A DNA stretch of 64,000 nt, taken from contig CAVSAC010000010.1 in assembly GCA_963725865.1 (NCBI GenBank), positions 451,736 to 515,735 on the forward strand, in the 5' to 3' direction. Made by a program: the position numbers and the translations under genes. Below, piece by piece: positions 30,536-39,087 of the stretch. Numbering within the stretch: the first letter of the stretch is position 1; each line of letters starts with the position of its first letter. The notes under the pieces were generated by a model. It made no database searches. It had not been told where the DNA came from and saw only the letters and a program-made list of their open reading frames with translations. This DNA comes from Candidatus Eiseniibacteriota bacterium. GTDB lineage: Bacteria > Eisenbacteria > RBG-16-71-46.

Positions 30536-31456
30536 ATGGCCCCGCCCGCACCCCTGGATCCCGCTCCGCTCGCCCTGCTGCCCGCGGCACCCGCGGACGA
30601 CGTTCCCGCCGCGCCGTGGCGCGGACTCGACGCGCTCTGGATCCAGGTCGCGGGCACGCTGTGCAATCTTGCGTGCACGCACTGCTTCGTTGCGTGCGGC
30701 CCGGGCGACCTGCACCACGCGCTCATGAGCCGCGCGGAGGTCGCGGCGCGGGTGGCCGAGGGACTCTCACTCGGCGTCCGCGAGGTCTACCTGACCGGCG
30801 GCGAGCCGTTCCTGCACCACGACCTGCTCGACATCCTGGCCGATACGCTGGCGGTCGCGCCGTGCACCGTGCTCACCAACGGCACCCTGTTCACGGCCGC
30901 GCGGCTCGCGGCACTGCGGCAGCTCTCGGACGCCGCGGCGTACGCGCTCGAGCTGCGGGTGAGCCTGGACGGGGCGGACGCCGAGACGCACGACCGTTTC
31001 CGCGGCGCGGGCACGTTCGCGCGCACGCTCGCGGGACTGCGCGCCTGCGAGGCGCACGGCCTGCTGCCGATCGTGACGGTGACCCAGACCGAAGCGGAGG
31101 ACCCGCTGGCGTTCCGCGAGCGCGTCGTCGCCCAGCTGCGCGCCGCGGGGCTCGCGCGTCCGCGGTTGAAGGTCCTGCCGCTGTTCCGGCTCGGGCGCGA
31201 GCGCGCGCGCACGCGCGACTACGACGCCACCGAGACGCTCGCCGGCCTGCCCCCGGAGCAGTTCGACCCGACGCGGCTCCAGTGCACGAGCGGCCGCGCG
31301 GTCACCGCGCGCGGCGTCTACGTCTGCCCGCTGCTGGTCGACGCGCCCGCCGCGCGCATGGGCAACACGCTCGCCGCGGCGCAGCGGCCGTTCCCGCTCG
31401 CGTACGGCGCGTGCTTCACCTGCCACGTGACCGGCATGAGCTGCGGCAACGGATGA
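30536..31456 (+). CDS. Radical SAM enzyme with C-terminal SPASM/twitch-like Cys cluster
   Basis: CNLACTHCF (CxxxCxxC), a GGEPF glycine-rich SAM motif, and C-terminal CPLL...CFTCHVTGMSCGN cysteines. Confidence 0.65.
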   Translation: MAPPAPLDPAPLALLPAAPADDVPAAPWRGLDALWIQVAGTLCNLACTHCFVACGPGDLHHALMSRAEVAARVAEGLSLGVREVYLTGGEPFLHHDLLDILADTLAVAPCTVLTNGTLFTAARLAALRQLSDAAAYALELRVSLDGADAETHDRFRGAGTFARTLAGLRACEAHGLLPIVTVTQTEAEDPLAFRERVVAQLRAAGLARPRLKVLPLFRLGRERARTRDYDATETLAGLPPEQFDPTRLQCTSGRAVTARGVYVCPLLVDAPAARMGNTLAAAQRPFPLAYGACFTCHVTGMSCGNG

Positions 31457-32238
31457 GCGCCGTGCGGCTCGCGCTGTTCGGGGGCGTCTACAGCAACGAC
31501 CTCGCCCTCGCGGCCACGCTCGCGGACGTGGCGACGCGCGGCGCCGACGCGACCTGGTGCCTCGGAGATCTCGGCGGCTTCGGCCCGCATCCCGATCGCG
31601 CGGCCGCGCGGATGCGCGAGGCCGGGGTGCCGATGCTGCGCGGCAACTACGATGACTCGATCGGCCACGCGCGCGCCGACTGCGCGTGCGGCTACAGCGA
31701 CCCGCGCGACGAGCACTTCGCGCAGCGCTCCTACGACTACACCCTCGCGCGGACGGCCGAAGCGCATCGCGCGTGGATGCGCGGGCTGCCCGAGCAGCAC
31801 CGCTTCGTCGCCGGCGACCGGCGAGTGCTGCTGTGCCACGGCTCGCCGCGGCGCGTGAACGAGTTCCTGTGGGCGAGCACCTGCTCGGACGCGTTCCTCG
31901 AGCGGCTGTGCGACGAGCACGCGGCCGACGTGATCGCGTGCACGCACACCGGGCTCCACTGGCATCGGGCGCTGCCATCGGGCCGTCATGTGGTGAACGT
32001 GGGCGCGATCGGGCGCCCCGCGAACGACGGCGGCCCGCACGTGTGGTACGCGGTACTCGTGCTCAGTGCGGACGTGCGCGTGGAGTTCCGCCGCGTGGAC
32101 TACGACCACGAGGCGCTGGCGCGCGAGATGGAGTCCGAGGGCCTGCCCGACGAGTTCGTCGCCACCATCCGCAGCGGCTGGTGGACCACCTGCCTCGAGA
32201 ACCTGCCCGCCAAGGAGCGCCGCGCCGGGCGGTTCTAG
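31453..32238 (+). CDS. Metallophosphoesterase (calcineurin-like; YfcE/MJ0936-like)
   Basis: GDLGGFGP, GNYD, CHGSP and THTG metal-ligand motifs. Its ATG overlaps the radical SAM stop (ATGA). Internal start of track ORF 30433..32238. Confidence 0.65.
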   Translation: MSAVRLALFGGVYSNDLALAATLADVATRGADATWCLGDLGGFGPHPDRAAARMREAGVPMLRGNYDDSIGHARADCACGYSDPRDEHFAQRSYDYTLARTAEAHRAWMRGLPEQHRFVAGDRRVLLCHGSPRRVNEFLWASTCSDAFLERLCDEHAADVIACTHTGLHWHRALPSGRHVVNVGAIGRPANDGGPHVWYAVLVLSADVRVEFRRVDYDHEALAREMESEGLPDEFVATIRSGWWTTCLENLPAKERRAGRF

Positions 32239-32383
32239 CGGCCGCCCGCCCCCCCCGGCCTGCGGGGGTCGCGCCCGCATCCTCTCCTCAAGCCCGCCCC
32301 CGCCAAGGCCGATCACCTCGAGACGTCATCATCCGGGGGGGCCGCGTATGTCTCCCGGTCCGTCCCACCCCCACGGGAGGACC

Positions 32384-35300
32384 ATGGTCGGCTTCCGAGC
32401 CAAAGCGTTGCTGATCGCGAGCATCGCCCTCGGCGGCGCGCTGTCCGCGGCGGCCGCCCCGGCGGGGTCCGGCTCCGCCGCGGGCCGGCCTGCGGGTGCC
32501 ACGCTGCTCGGCTCGATCGACGTGAGCGCCTCGCAGACGGGCCGCACGCTGCGCCCCGGCGACGCGCGGGTGCCGGTGTACGTGCTGGCGATGACGTACA
32601 ACGCCCTGCTGGTGGGCTCGGAGACAGTCACCGAGATCGCGTTCGAGAACCGGACCGCCGGCCCCGGCAACACGGCGCAGAAGGACACCGAGTGGCAGTC
32701 GCTCGCGCTCTCGTGGAGCCGCAGGGCCGCCGACGCGCTCAGTCCGGCGAGTGCCACCCGCGCCGCCGCCTGGACGGGCGGCACGGTGCGCTTCACGGGG
32801 CTCAACATCCCGTTCGGCATCGGCGACTCGGCGTACGTCGTCGTCTGGGGGGCACCCTCGCTCGCCGCACGTGACGCGGACGCGCTCGATCTCCGTATCC
32901 CGTCCACCGGATCGATCCTCACCGGAGGCGGCTCGTCGGTGAACGTGACGAACGGCAGCACGCTGGATCCGGCCGCGAGCTTCCCGGTGGACGGCATGTC
33001 CGCCGCGCAGGTCATGCTGAGCCCGGTGCTCACGCCGTACTTCCCGATCGGCGCCGCCGGACAGCTCGCGCTCGCGGTGCGCGTCCCGCCCAACGGCTAC
33101 GCGGCGGACCGCCTCGAGCGACTCGAGTTCGTCAACCTGGGCACCGCCGCGGTCCACTCCGACATCGCCGCGCTCGATGCGTGGATCGACGACGGCGACG
33201 GGATCTACGAACCCGGTCAGGAGGCGTGGCTCGGCGCTCCGGCGTTCACGGGCACCAGCTGGGTGCTCGGGCTGGCGAGCCCGATCGACCTCCCGCTGCC
33301 CACGGGCGCGTGGATCTACCTGACCGTCGACGTCTCCGAGCAGGCGAAGGAGGGCGCCACCGTCCAGCTCGCGCTCCCGGGCGGTTCCGCCGGCACGCAG
33401 GCGTTCACCGTGACGAGCGGCAATGACGGTCCGAACGACCGCGCGATCGCCAATCCGGCCCAGAGCGTGATCAGCCTGGTCGACCGCGTCGTGGTCTCGC
33501 CCATCCCGCTGCCCTCGGGATTCGCGCGGCCGGGCGAGGCGCGCGTGCCGCTGTTCGCGATGACGGCGACCAACGTCTACACCGACGCGCGCGCGCTGAC
33601 CGGCCTCGTGCTCACGCACGCCACGTCCGGGCCCGGCACCGCCGCCGAGCGCGACGCCGAGATCCAGCGCGTCGAGCTGCGGCTGGACGGGAACTCCGAC
33701 GGCGTGCTCGGAGACTTCGTCAGCGACCCGGTGCTCGCCACCGCGGTGTTCGCGAACGGGCGCGCCAGCTTCTCCGGATTCTCGGTCTCCCTCGCGCCGG
33801 GCGCCAAGCGCTCCCTGTTCGTGACCGGCGACGTCTCGCTCCTCCACGCCGCCGACGGCGACCCGCTCGCGGCGACCGTCGGCACGCGCGAGGACCTCGC
33901 GTTCGACCGCAGCACCACGCTGTCGGGCTCCTTCCCGCTCTCCTCGGCGAACGCCTGGACGGTCGACGGCATGATCGCGGCCCAGGTGGGCAACGCCGGC
34001 GCGCCGCCGCAGACGCTCGCGCCGAACGACGGCCCGCGCGAGGCGCTCGATCTGCTGGTGCACGGCAATGGCTACCAGGACGACGTCCTCCAGCGGCTCT
34101 CGGTGACCAACCTCGGCACCGCCGGCACCACGGACCTCGCCGAGGTGCGGCTGTGGCGCGACGGGGGTGACGGGGCGTTCAACGCGGGCGCGGGCGACGA
34201 CGCCGACCTCGGAGCGATGGCCGCGGGAGCGGACACGTGGGACAGCGGAGCGCTGGCGGTCGCGCTGGGCCCGGCCGGGACCCGTCTGTTCGTCTCCGTG
34301 AGCGCCGGCGGCGCGCCGGCCGACTCCGCCACCGTGCGCCTCGCGGTGCCGGTGAAGGGCATCGCCGTGGCGTCCGGGAACGACGGCCCGGTCGACGTGC
34401 CCGTCGCCAATCCGGACGCGCTGCTGCTCGCCAACCGCGGCCTGCTCGCGAGCCTCGCGTTCGACGCCGCGGCGGTGACCGCGGGCCAGACCGTCACACT
34501 CACGATGACGGTGCGCAGCACCGCGTCGGAGTCCCTCCTCGCGGTGACTCCGAGCGCACCGGCGCTCGCCGGCAGCGCCCGGCTCGGCCCGCTGTCCGGA
34601 CCGAGCCCCGCGAGCCGCGCGCTGGCACCGGGCGCCAGCGGCGCGTTCGCCTGGACGTACTCCGCCGACAGCGCGGGCACGGTCCACGCCATCGCGAACG
34701 CCGCGGGCACCGGCGCCTCGAGCGGGCAGCCGGTGTCGTCGCTCGACACCCGGTCGGGCGCGCTTCGCGTGTTCGCGCGTGCCGACAGTCTCCCGCTGCA
34801 GGTCTTCGACGCCATGCCGCAGTCGGTGACCCGCGGCCAGCGCGGCGTGCTGCCGCTCTACCTGACGTTCGTCCATCCCGATCCCGACGGCAGCCCGGTG
34901 AAGGTGACGGGATTCACCGTGCGGCTCGAACGCGAGGATGGCTCGGACGTGGCGCCGGCCTCGCTGCTCGCGCGCGCCGTGGTGCTCGCCGCCTCCGAGA
35001 CGCTGCTCACCCGCTCCACGCTCGAGACCAGCGGCGCGGACCTGGATCTGGCGCTGGCGATCCCCGCCATCGTGGCGGGATCGGATCCCACCACCCTGGT
35101 GCTGGCGCTCGACGTCGCCGATTCCACCGTGGTGCCCGACTTCCGCATCGTGATCGCCGCGGCGAGCCGGGTGCGCGCCGAGGACGGCGCGACCGGTGCT
35201 CCCGTCACGATCCGGCTCCAGTCGCCGACCTGGCCGGTGCGCAGCGGGCTCGCCCGCGTCCAGGCCGGCGCCACCCAGCTCGAAGTCGCGGCGGCGCCGC

Positions 35301-37051
35301 TGCCGCCGGTGCGCGCGAGCCGCGGCCAGACCGAGGTGCCGCTCGGCACGTTCACGCTGTGGAGCCCGGGGGTGGGCGGCGTCACCACCGACGTGCGGGT
35401 CGGAGCGCTCGATCTCAAGCTCGCCGACACGCTCGGGGCGCGGATCGACCGGCCCGGCCGCATCGTGCGCCGGCTGCGCCTGCGCAGCGGCACGCAGCTG
35501 CTGGCCGACCGGCTGGTCGCCGCCGGCGCCGACAGCGTGCTGGCGCTCACGCTCTCGCCGCTGCTCGCGGTGCCGGTGAACACTCCGACCGAGATGCGGC
35601 TCACCGCCGAGCTCTCCGACACCGCCTCGCTGGGACCGTTCCGGCTCGAGCTCGGGGACAGCGCGCGCTTCGACGCCCGCGATCCCAACACCGGCAACCG
35701 GGTGCCCATCCGGTTCGCGAGCCCGCCGCTGCACGGCCCCGCGGTGCTGGTGGAGGAGCGTGCGGATTCGGCGTGGGTGCTGGGCGTGCCGGAGCTGCCC
35801 GCGGAGGTCGGGCTGGGCGCGCGCGGGGTGACGGCGCTCTCGGTGCGCCTGAGGCACCCGGGTGGTGCGCGCACCGGCCGGCTGCGAGTCGACTCGCTGG
35901 TCGTGCGCTGCGTCGACGCCTCGGGCACGGGCTTGGCGCCGGCGCCCTACCTCGACCGGCTGCAGGTGCTGTGGAACGGAGCGCTCGCCGCAACGGTCTC
36001 CGATCCACCCGCCACCGGCAGCACGCTGCTCGCGATGCTGCCCGGCTTCACGCTCGAGAGCGGCGACAGCGCGCGCGTGACGTTCGTGCTGGACTTCGAG
36101 TCCGCCGCCCCGACCACCACCTTCGCACTCGAGCTGGGCGCCGCGGGGCTCGACATCGACGACGCCAACCTCGACCTGCCGGCGCTGCCGGTGGTGGAGA
36201 ACGACGGGGAGTTCCCACTGCGCTCGGGCGTGGCGCGTCTGGTGGCGCCCTCGCGCCTGGTCCAGGTGGACCTCGACGACGCGATGCCCGCGGTGCTCGC
36301 GCCCGACGGCCAGCTGCGGACGGCGGGTGTCGTGCGGCTGACGAACGGCGCGGCGCCGGGCTCGGGCCCGGTGCGGATCTCCTATCTCGCGGTGCGCGCC
36401 CGCGGCGCCGCCGGCGACGTGCCGCTCGGCGGCGAGGTCTGGCGCGTGCAGCTGACCCGGGACGGCGTGCTGTTCGCGAGCGGCGCGGCGCTCACCTCCG
36501 ACTCGCTCACGTCCGTGGTCTCGTTCCCCACCGAGCTGCAGCTCGAGCCCGGGGTGCCCGTGGATCTGACGCTGCGCTTCGCGACCCGCCCGGGGCCCGC
36601 GCTGGCCTCGTTCGCGCTCGCGCTCGAGGCGGCCGACATCGGCGTGGTGCAGCCGGGCAGTCCGCTGCTCGACGTCTCGGTGCTGCCGACTCCGGGGCGC
36701 ACCTTCCCGCTCGCGACCTCGGTCGGCAGCTATGCCGCCGCGTCGCTGGCCGGGAGCTGGTCGAGCTTCCCGAATCCGTTCGTGCCCGAGCAGGGCGGCA
36801 CCACGTTCGCCTACTACCTGCCGGCGGCGGGGCGCGTTTCGCTCGCGATCTGGACCGCGCGCGGCGAGCGCGTCGCCACGTTGCTCGACGGCGAGGCGCG
36901 CGCGGCGGGACTCCACCAGAGCGACGTCTGGAACGGCCGCAACGGGCGCGGCGCGCTGGTGCAGCCGGGCGTGTACGTGGCCGAGCTGACGGTGCGGCTC
37001 GACGACGGCCGCTCCGAGCAGCTGCGACGCAAGGTGGCGGTGGTCCGGTGA
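32384..37051 (+). CDS. Giant (~1555 aa) secreted repeat protein with C-terminal FlgD-Ig-like / T9SS-type sorting domain
   Basis: GGGAGG RBS then ATG MVGFRAKALLIASIALGGALSAAAA, a signal peptide. Two ~330-aa tandem repeats each end in ...TSGNDGP. A distinct C-terminal half follows. The C-terminus ...SFPNPFVPEQGGTTFAYYLPAAGRVSLAIWTARGERVATL... is T9SS-CTD-like. Confidence 0.6.
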   Translation: MVGFRAKALLIASIALGGALSAAAAPAGSGSAAGRPAGATLLGSIDVSASQTGRTLRPGDARVPVYVLAMTYNALLVGSETVTEIAFENRTAGPGNTAQKDTEWQSLALSWSRRAADALSPASATRAAAWTGGTVRFTGLNIPFGIGDSAYVVVWGAPSLAARDADALDLRIPSTGSILTGGGSSVNVTNGSTLDPAASFPVDGMSAAQVMLSPVLTPYFPIGAAGQLALAVRVPPNGYAADRLERLEFVNLGTAAVHSDIAALDAWIDDGDGIYEPGQEAWLGAPAFTGTSWVLGLASPIDLPLPTGAWIYLTVDVSEQAKEGATVQLALPGGSAGTQAFTVTSGNDGPNDRAIANPAQSVISLVDRVVVSPIPLPSGFARPGEARVPLFAMTATNVYTDARALTGLVLTHATSGPGTAAERDAEIQRVELRLDGNSDGVLGDFVSDPVLATAVFANGRASFSGFSVSLAPGAKRSLFVTGDVSLLHAADGDPLAATVGTREDLAFDRSTTLSGSFPLSSANAWTVDGMIAAQVGNAGAPPQTLAPNDGPREALDLLVHGNGYQDDVLQRLSVTNLGTAGTTDLAEVRLWRDGGDGAFNAGAGDDADLGAMAAGADTWDSGALAVALGPAGTRLFVSVSAGGAPADSATVRLAVPVKGIAVASGNDGPVDVPVANPDALLLANRGLLASLAFDAAAVTAGQTVTLTMTVRSTASESLLAVTPSAPALAGSARLGPLSGPSPASRALAPGASGAFAWTYSADSAGTVHAIANAAGTGASSGQPVSSLDTRSGALRVFARADSLPLQVFDAMPQSVTRGQRGVLPLYLTFVHPDPDGSPVKVTGFTVRLEREDGSDVAPASLLARAVVLAASETLLTRSTLETSGADLDLALAIPAIVAGSDPTTLVLALDVADSTVVPDFRIVIAAASRVRAEDGATGAPVTIRLQSPTWPVRSGLARVQAGATQLEVAAAPLPPVRASRGQTEVPLGTFTLWSPGVGGVTTDVRVGALDLKLADTLGARIDRPGRIVRRLRLRSGTQLLADRLVAAGADSVLALTLSPLLAVPVNTPTEMRLTAELSDTASLGPFRLELGDSARFDARDPNTGNRVPIRFASPPLHGPAVLVEERADSAWVLGVPELPAEVGLGARGVTALSVRLRHPGGARTGRLRVDSLVVRCVDASGTGLAPAPYLDRLQVLWNGALAATVSDPPATGSTLLAMLPGFTLESGDSARVTFVLDFESAAPTTTFALELGAAGLDIDDANLDLPALPVVENDGEFPLRSGVARLVAPSRLVQVDLDDAMPAVLAPDGQLRTAGVVRLTNGAAPGSGPVRISYLAVRARGAAGDVPLGGEVWRVQLTRDGVLFASGAALTSDSLTSVVSFPTELQLEPGVPVDLTLRFATRPGPALASFALALEAADIGVVQPGSPLLDVSVLPTPGRTFPLATSVGSYAAASLAGSWSSFPNPFVPEQGGTTFAYYLPAAGRVSLAIWTARGERVATLLDGEARAAGLHQSDVWNGRNGRGALVQPGVYVAELTVRLDDGRSEQLRRKVAVVR

Positions 37052-39087
37052 GCGCCCCGACCGCGACCCGTCGCCGCGTCGCCCTGGCCCGCGCGGCATG
37101 CGTGCTGGCGCTGGTGTCCTGCGCCGCGGGCCACTCGCGGGCCGCCGACGACGCGGGCACCCGGTCGGTGTTCGCGACCGGCGCCGGCAACCGCGCCCTC
37201 GCGCTCGGATCCGCGTTCTGCGCGCTGGCCGACGACGCCTCGGCGCTGCTCTGGAACCCGGGCGGACTCGGCGGCGTGGAGCGCGCGGAGTTCCAGGTCG
37301 GCGAGGCGAGCCTCAACGACCTCGGCTTCCGCGAGACGTTCGTGGGCTACGTCCATCCCGACTGGCGCTGGGGCACCGCCGCACTCGCGGTGCGGCACTA
37401 CGGCGTGGACGGGATCGACGGCCGCGACGCGCGCAACCTGCCGACCGGCGAGTTCGGGGACCGCGAGACCGAGTTGGCGCTCGGCTACGGCCGGGCGCTG
37501 GGCGAGGCCTTCCGCGTCGGCCTCGCGGGGCGCGTGCGGCGACAGGATCTGGCGGGCCGCTCCGGCATGGGCGTGGGGGCCGATGCCGGGGTCGAGTTCC
37601 GGCCCGGCGCGGTGTTCGACTCCGAGGCGGGCTGGATGCGCGACCTGCAGGTGGGCGTGGCGCTGCAGAACCTGATCGAGCCCTCGATCCGGCTGGACCG
37701 CGCGAGCGTGCCCGATCCCCTCACGCTGCGCGCCGGGCTGTCGATCGCGCGTCCGCTCGCGCTGGGCGGCGTGATCGCGAGCGTCGAGCTCGAGCAGGTG
37801 CGCGACGTGGGCGCGCGCGCCCACGCCGGGATCGAGTGGAACGCGCATCCGCTGCTGTCGCTGCGCAGCGGCCTGGACGACGGCGTGCTGACCGCAGGCT
37901 TGGGCATTCGACTCGGCTCGAGCGCGTTCGAGTACGCGTTCGCCGATCCCGCCACCGGTCCCACCCATCGCGCCGGACTGACATGGCGCTTCGGCCGCTC
38001 GGTGACCGACGCGCGGCAGTTCGCGGAGCGTGCCGAGGAGGAGCGCGTGCAGCAGCGGCTGGTGGCGCTCGAGCGCGAGCGCGAGCGCGATCGCGTCGCG
38101 AACCTGATGGCCGGCGCCGAGGCGGCGCGCGCCGCCGGGCGCTCGGAGGAGGCGCTCGAGGCGCTCGCCACGCTGCTCGCGATCGATTCGACGTTCGCGC
38201 CGGCGCGCGCGCTGCGGGTGGCGAGTCTGGGCGACCGCGCGCGCGCGCTCGAGTCCGCGGGCGACTGGGCCGAGGCGTCGGTGGCGTGGGCGCGCGCGCT
38301 CGGCGAGGCCCCCGGGGACACCACCGCCGCCGCGGGTCTCGCCCGCACCCGCGCCGAGAGCGATCTGCGAGCCGTGCGCTCGGCGGAGATCCGCAAGGCC
38401 TTCGCCGCCGCGCTGGACGCGTTCGCGGCCGACGACCTGGCGGGCGCGCGCGCGGGCCTCGCCCGCATCCTCGCGCAGAACCCGGGCGACGGCGAGGTGC
38501 AGGCGATGCTGAGGCGCGTGGAGGCGGCGATCGGACGGCGGACCGAGGCGTGGCTGCGGCAGGCGGACGCCCTGCGGCAGGCCGGCTCGCTCGACGAGGC
38601 CGCCGCCCTGATCGAGCGCGCGCGCAGCCTCGACCCGCGCACGCCCGGACTCGCGGCGGCGACCGGCGCGCTCGCGCGCGCCGCGGCGCCGGGCACTCCG
38701 CCGCGCGCGAGCGCGCCGGCCCGGACCGCGCGGCCCGCGGCACCGGCCGCCCCGGCGGTCCTCTCGCACGAATCGGAGCGCCAGGTCGCGGAACTCTATC
38801 GGCGCGGCCTCGACGCCCTCCAGCACGGCCAGTCGGACGACGCGCTGCGCGCGCTCGAGCAGGTGCGCGCGCTGCGCCCGGGCTACGCGCGCGTGGACGA
38901 GGTGCTCAAGCGCGAGTACCTGACGCGCGGCATGGAGCTGTTCTCGACCGGGCGCCTGGACGCCGCGGTGCGGATGTGGGAGAGCGCGCTCCGGGTGGAT
39001 CCGCACGATCCGCGCGCGCTCGGGTACCTGGCGCGCGCGCACGAGCAGCTGGCGCGCTCGCGCGAGATCTCGCAGGACGAGCCATGA
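37048..39087 (+). CDS. PorV/PorP(SprF)-like outer-membrane beta-barrel fused to a C-terminal coiled-coil/TPR domain
   Basis: GTG overlapping the upstream stop (GTGA). Signal peptide is present. The N-terminus ...FATGAGNRALALGSAFCALADDASALLWNPGGLG matches the PorV/PorP N-terminal signature. The barrel ends ~aa 350 with ...AGLTWRFGRS. About 330 aa of Ala/Arg/Glu-rich TPR-like repeats follow. Confidence 0.55.
   Translation: MSAPTATRRRVALARAACVLALVSCAAGHSRAADDAGTRSVFATGAGNRALALGSAFCALADDASALLWNPGGLGGVERAEFQVGEASLNDLGFRETFVGYVHPDWRWGTAALAVRHYGVDGIDGRDARNLPTGEFGDRETELALGYGRALGEAFRVGLAGRVRRQDLAGRSGMGVGADAGVEFRPGAVFDSEAGWMRDLQVGVALQNLIEPSIRLDRASVPDPLTLRAGLSIARPLALGGVIASVELEQVRDVGARAHAGIEWNAHPLLSLRSGLDDGVLTAGLGIRLGSSAFEYAFADPATGPTHRAGLTWRFGRSVTDARQFAERAEEERVQQRLVALERERERDRVANLMAGAEAARAAGRSEEALEALATLLAIDSTFAPARALRVASLGDRARALESAGDWAEASVAWARALGEAPGDTTAAAGLARTRAESDLRAVRSAEIRKAFAAALDAFAADDLAGARAGLARILAQNPGDGEVQAMLRRVEAAIGRRTEAWLRQADALRQAGSLDEAAALIERARSLDPRTPGLAAATGALARAAAPGTPPRASAPARTARPAAPAAPAVLSHESERQVAELYRRGLDALQHGQSDDALRALEQVRALRPGYARVDEVLKREYLTRGMELFSTGRLDAAVRMWESALRVDPHDPRALGYLARAHEQLARSREISQDEP

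Noticed and set aside
32384-37051. Considered whether the internal repeats of the giant gene could be a diversity-generating retroelement VR/TR pair, or whether any CRISPR array, retron or transposase is present in the window.
   Set aside because: The repeats are diverged at protein level rather than near-identical DNA. No reverse transcriptase, Cas, integrase or transposase genes and no short direct-repeat arrays were found anywhere in the 64 kb.
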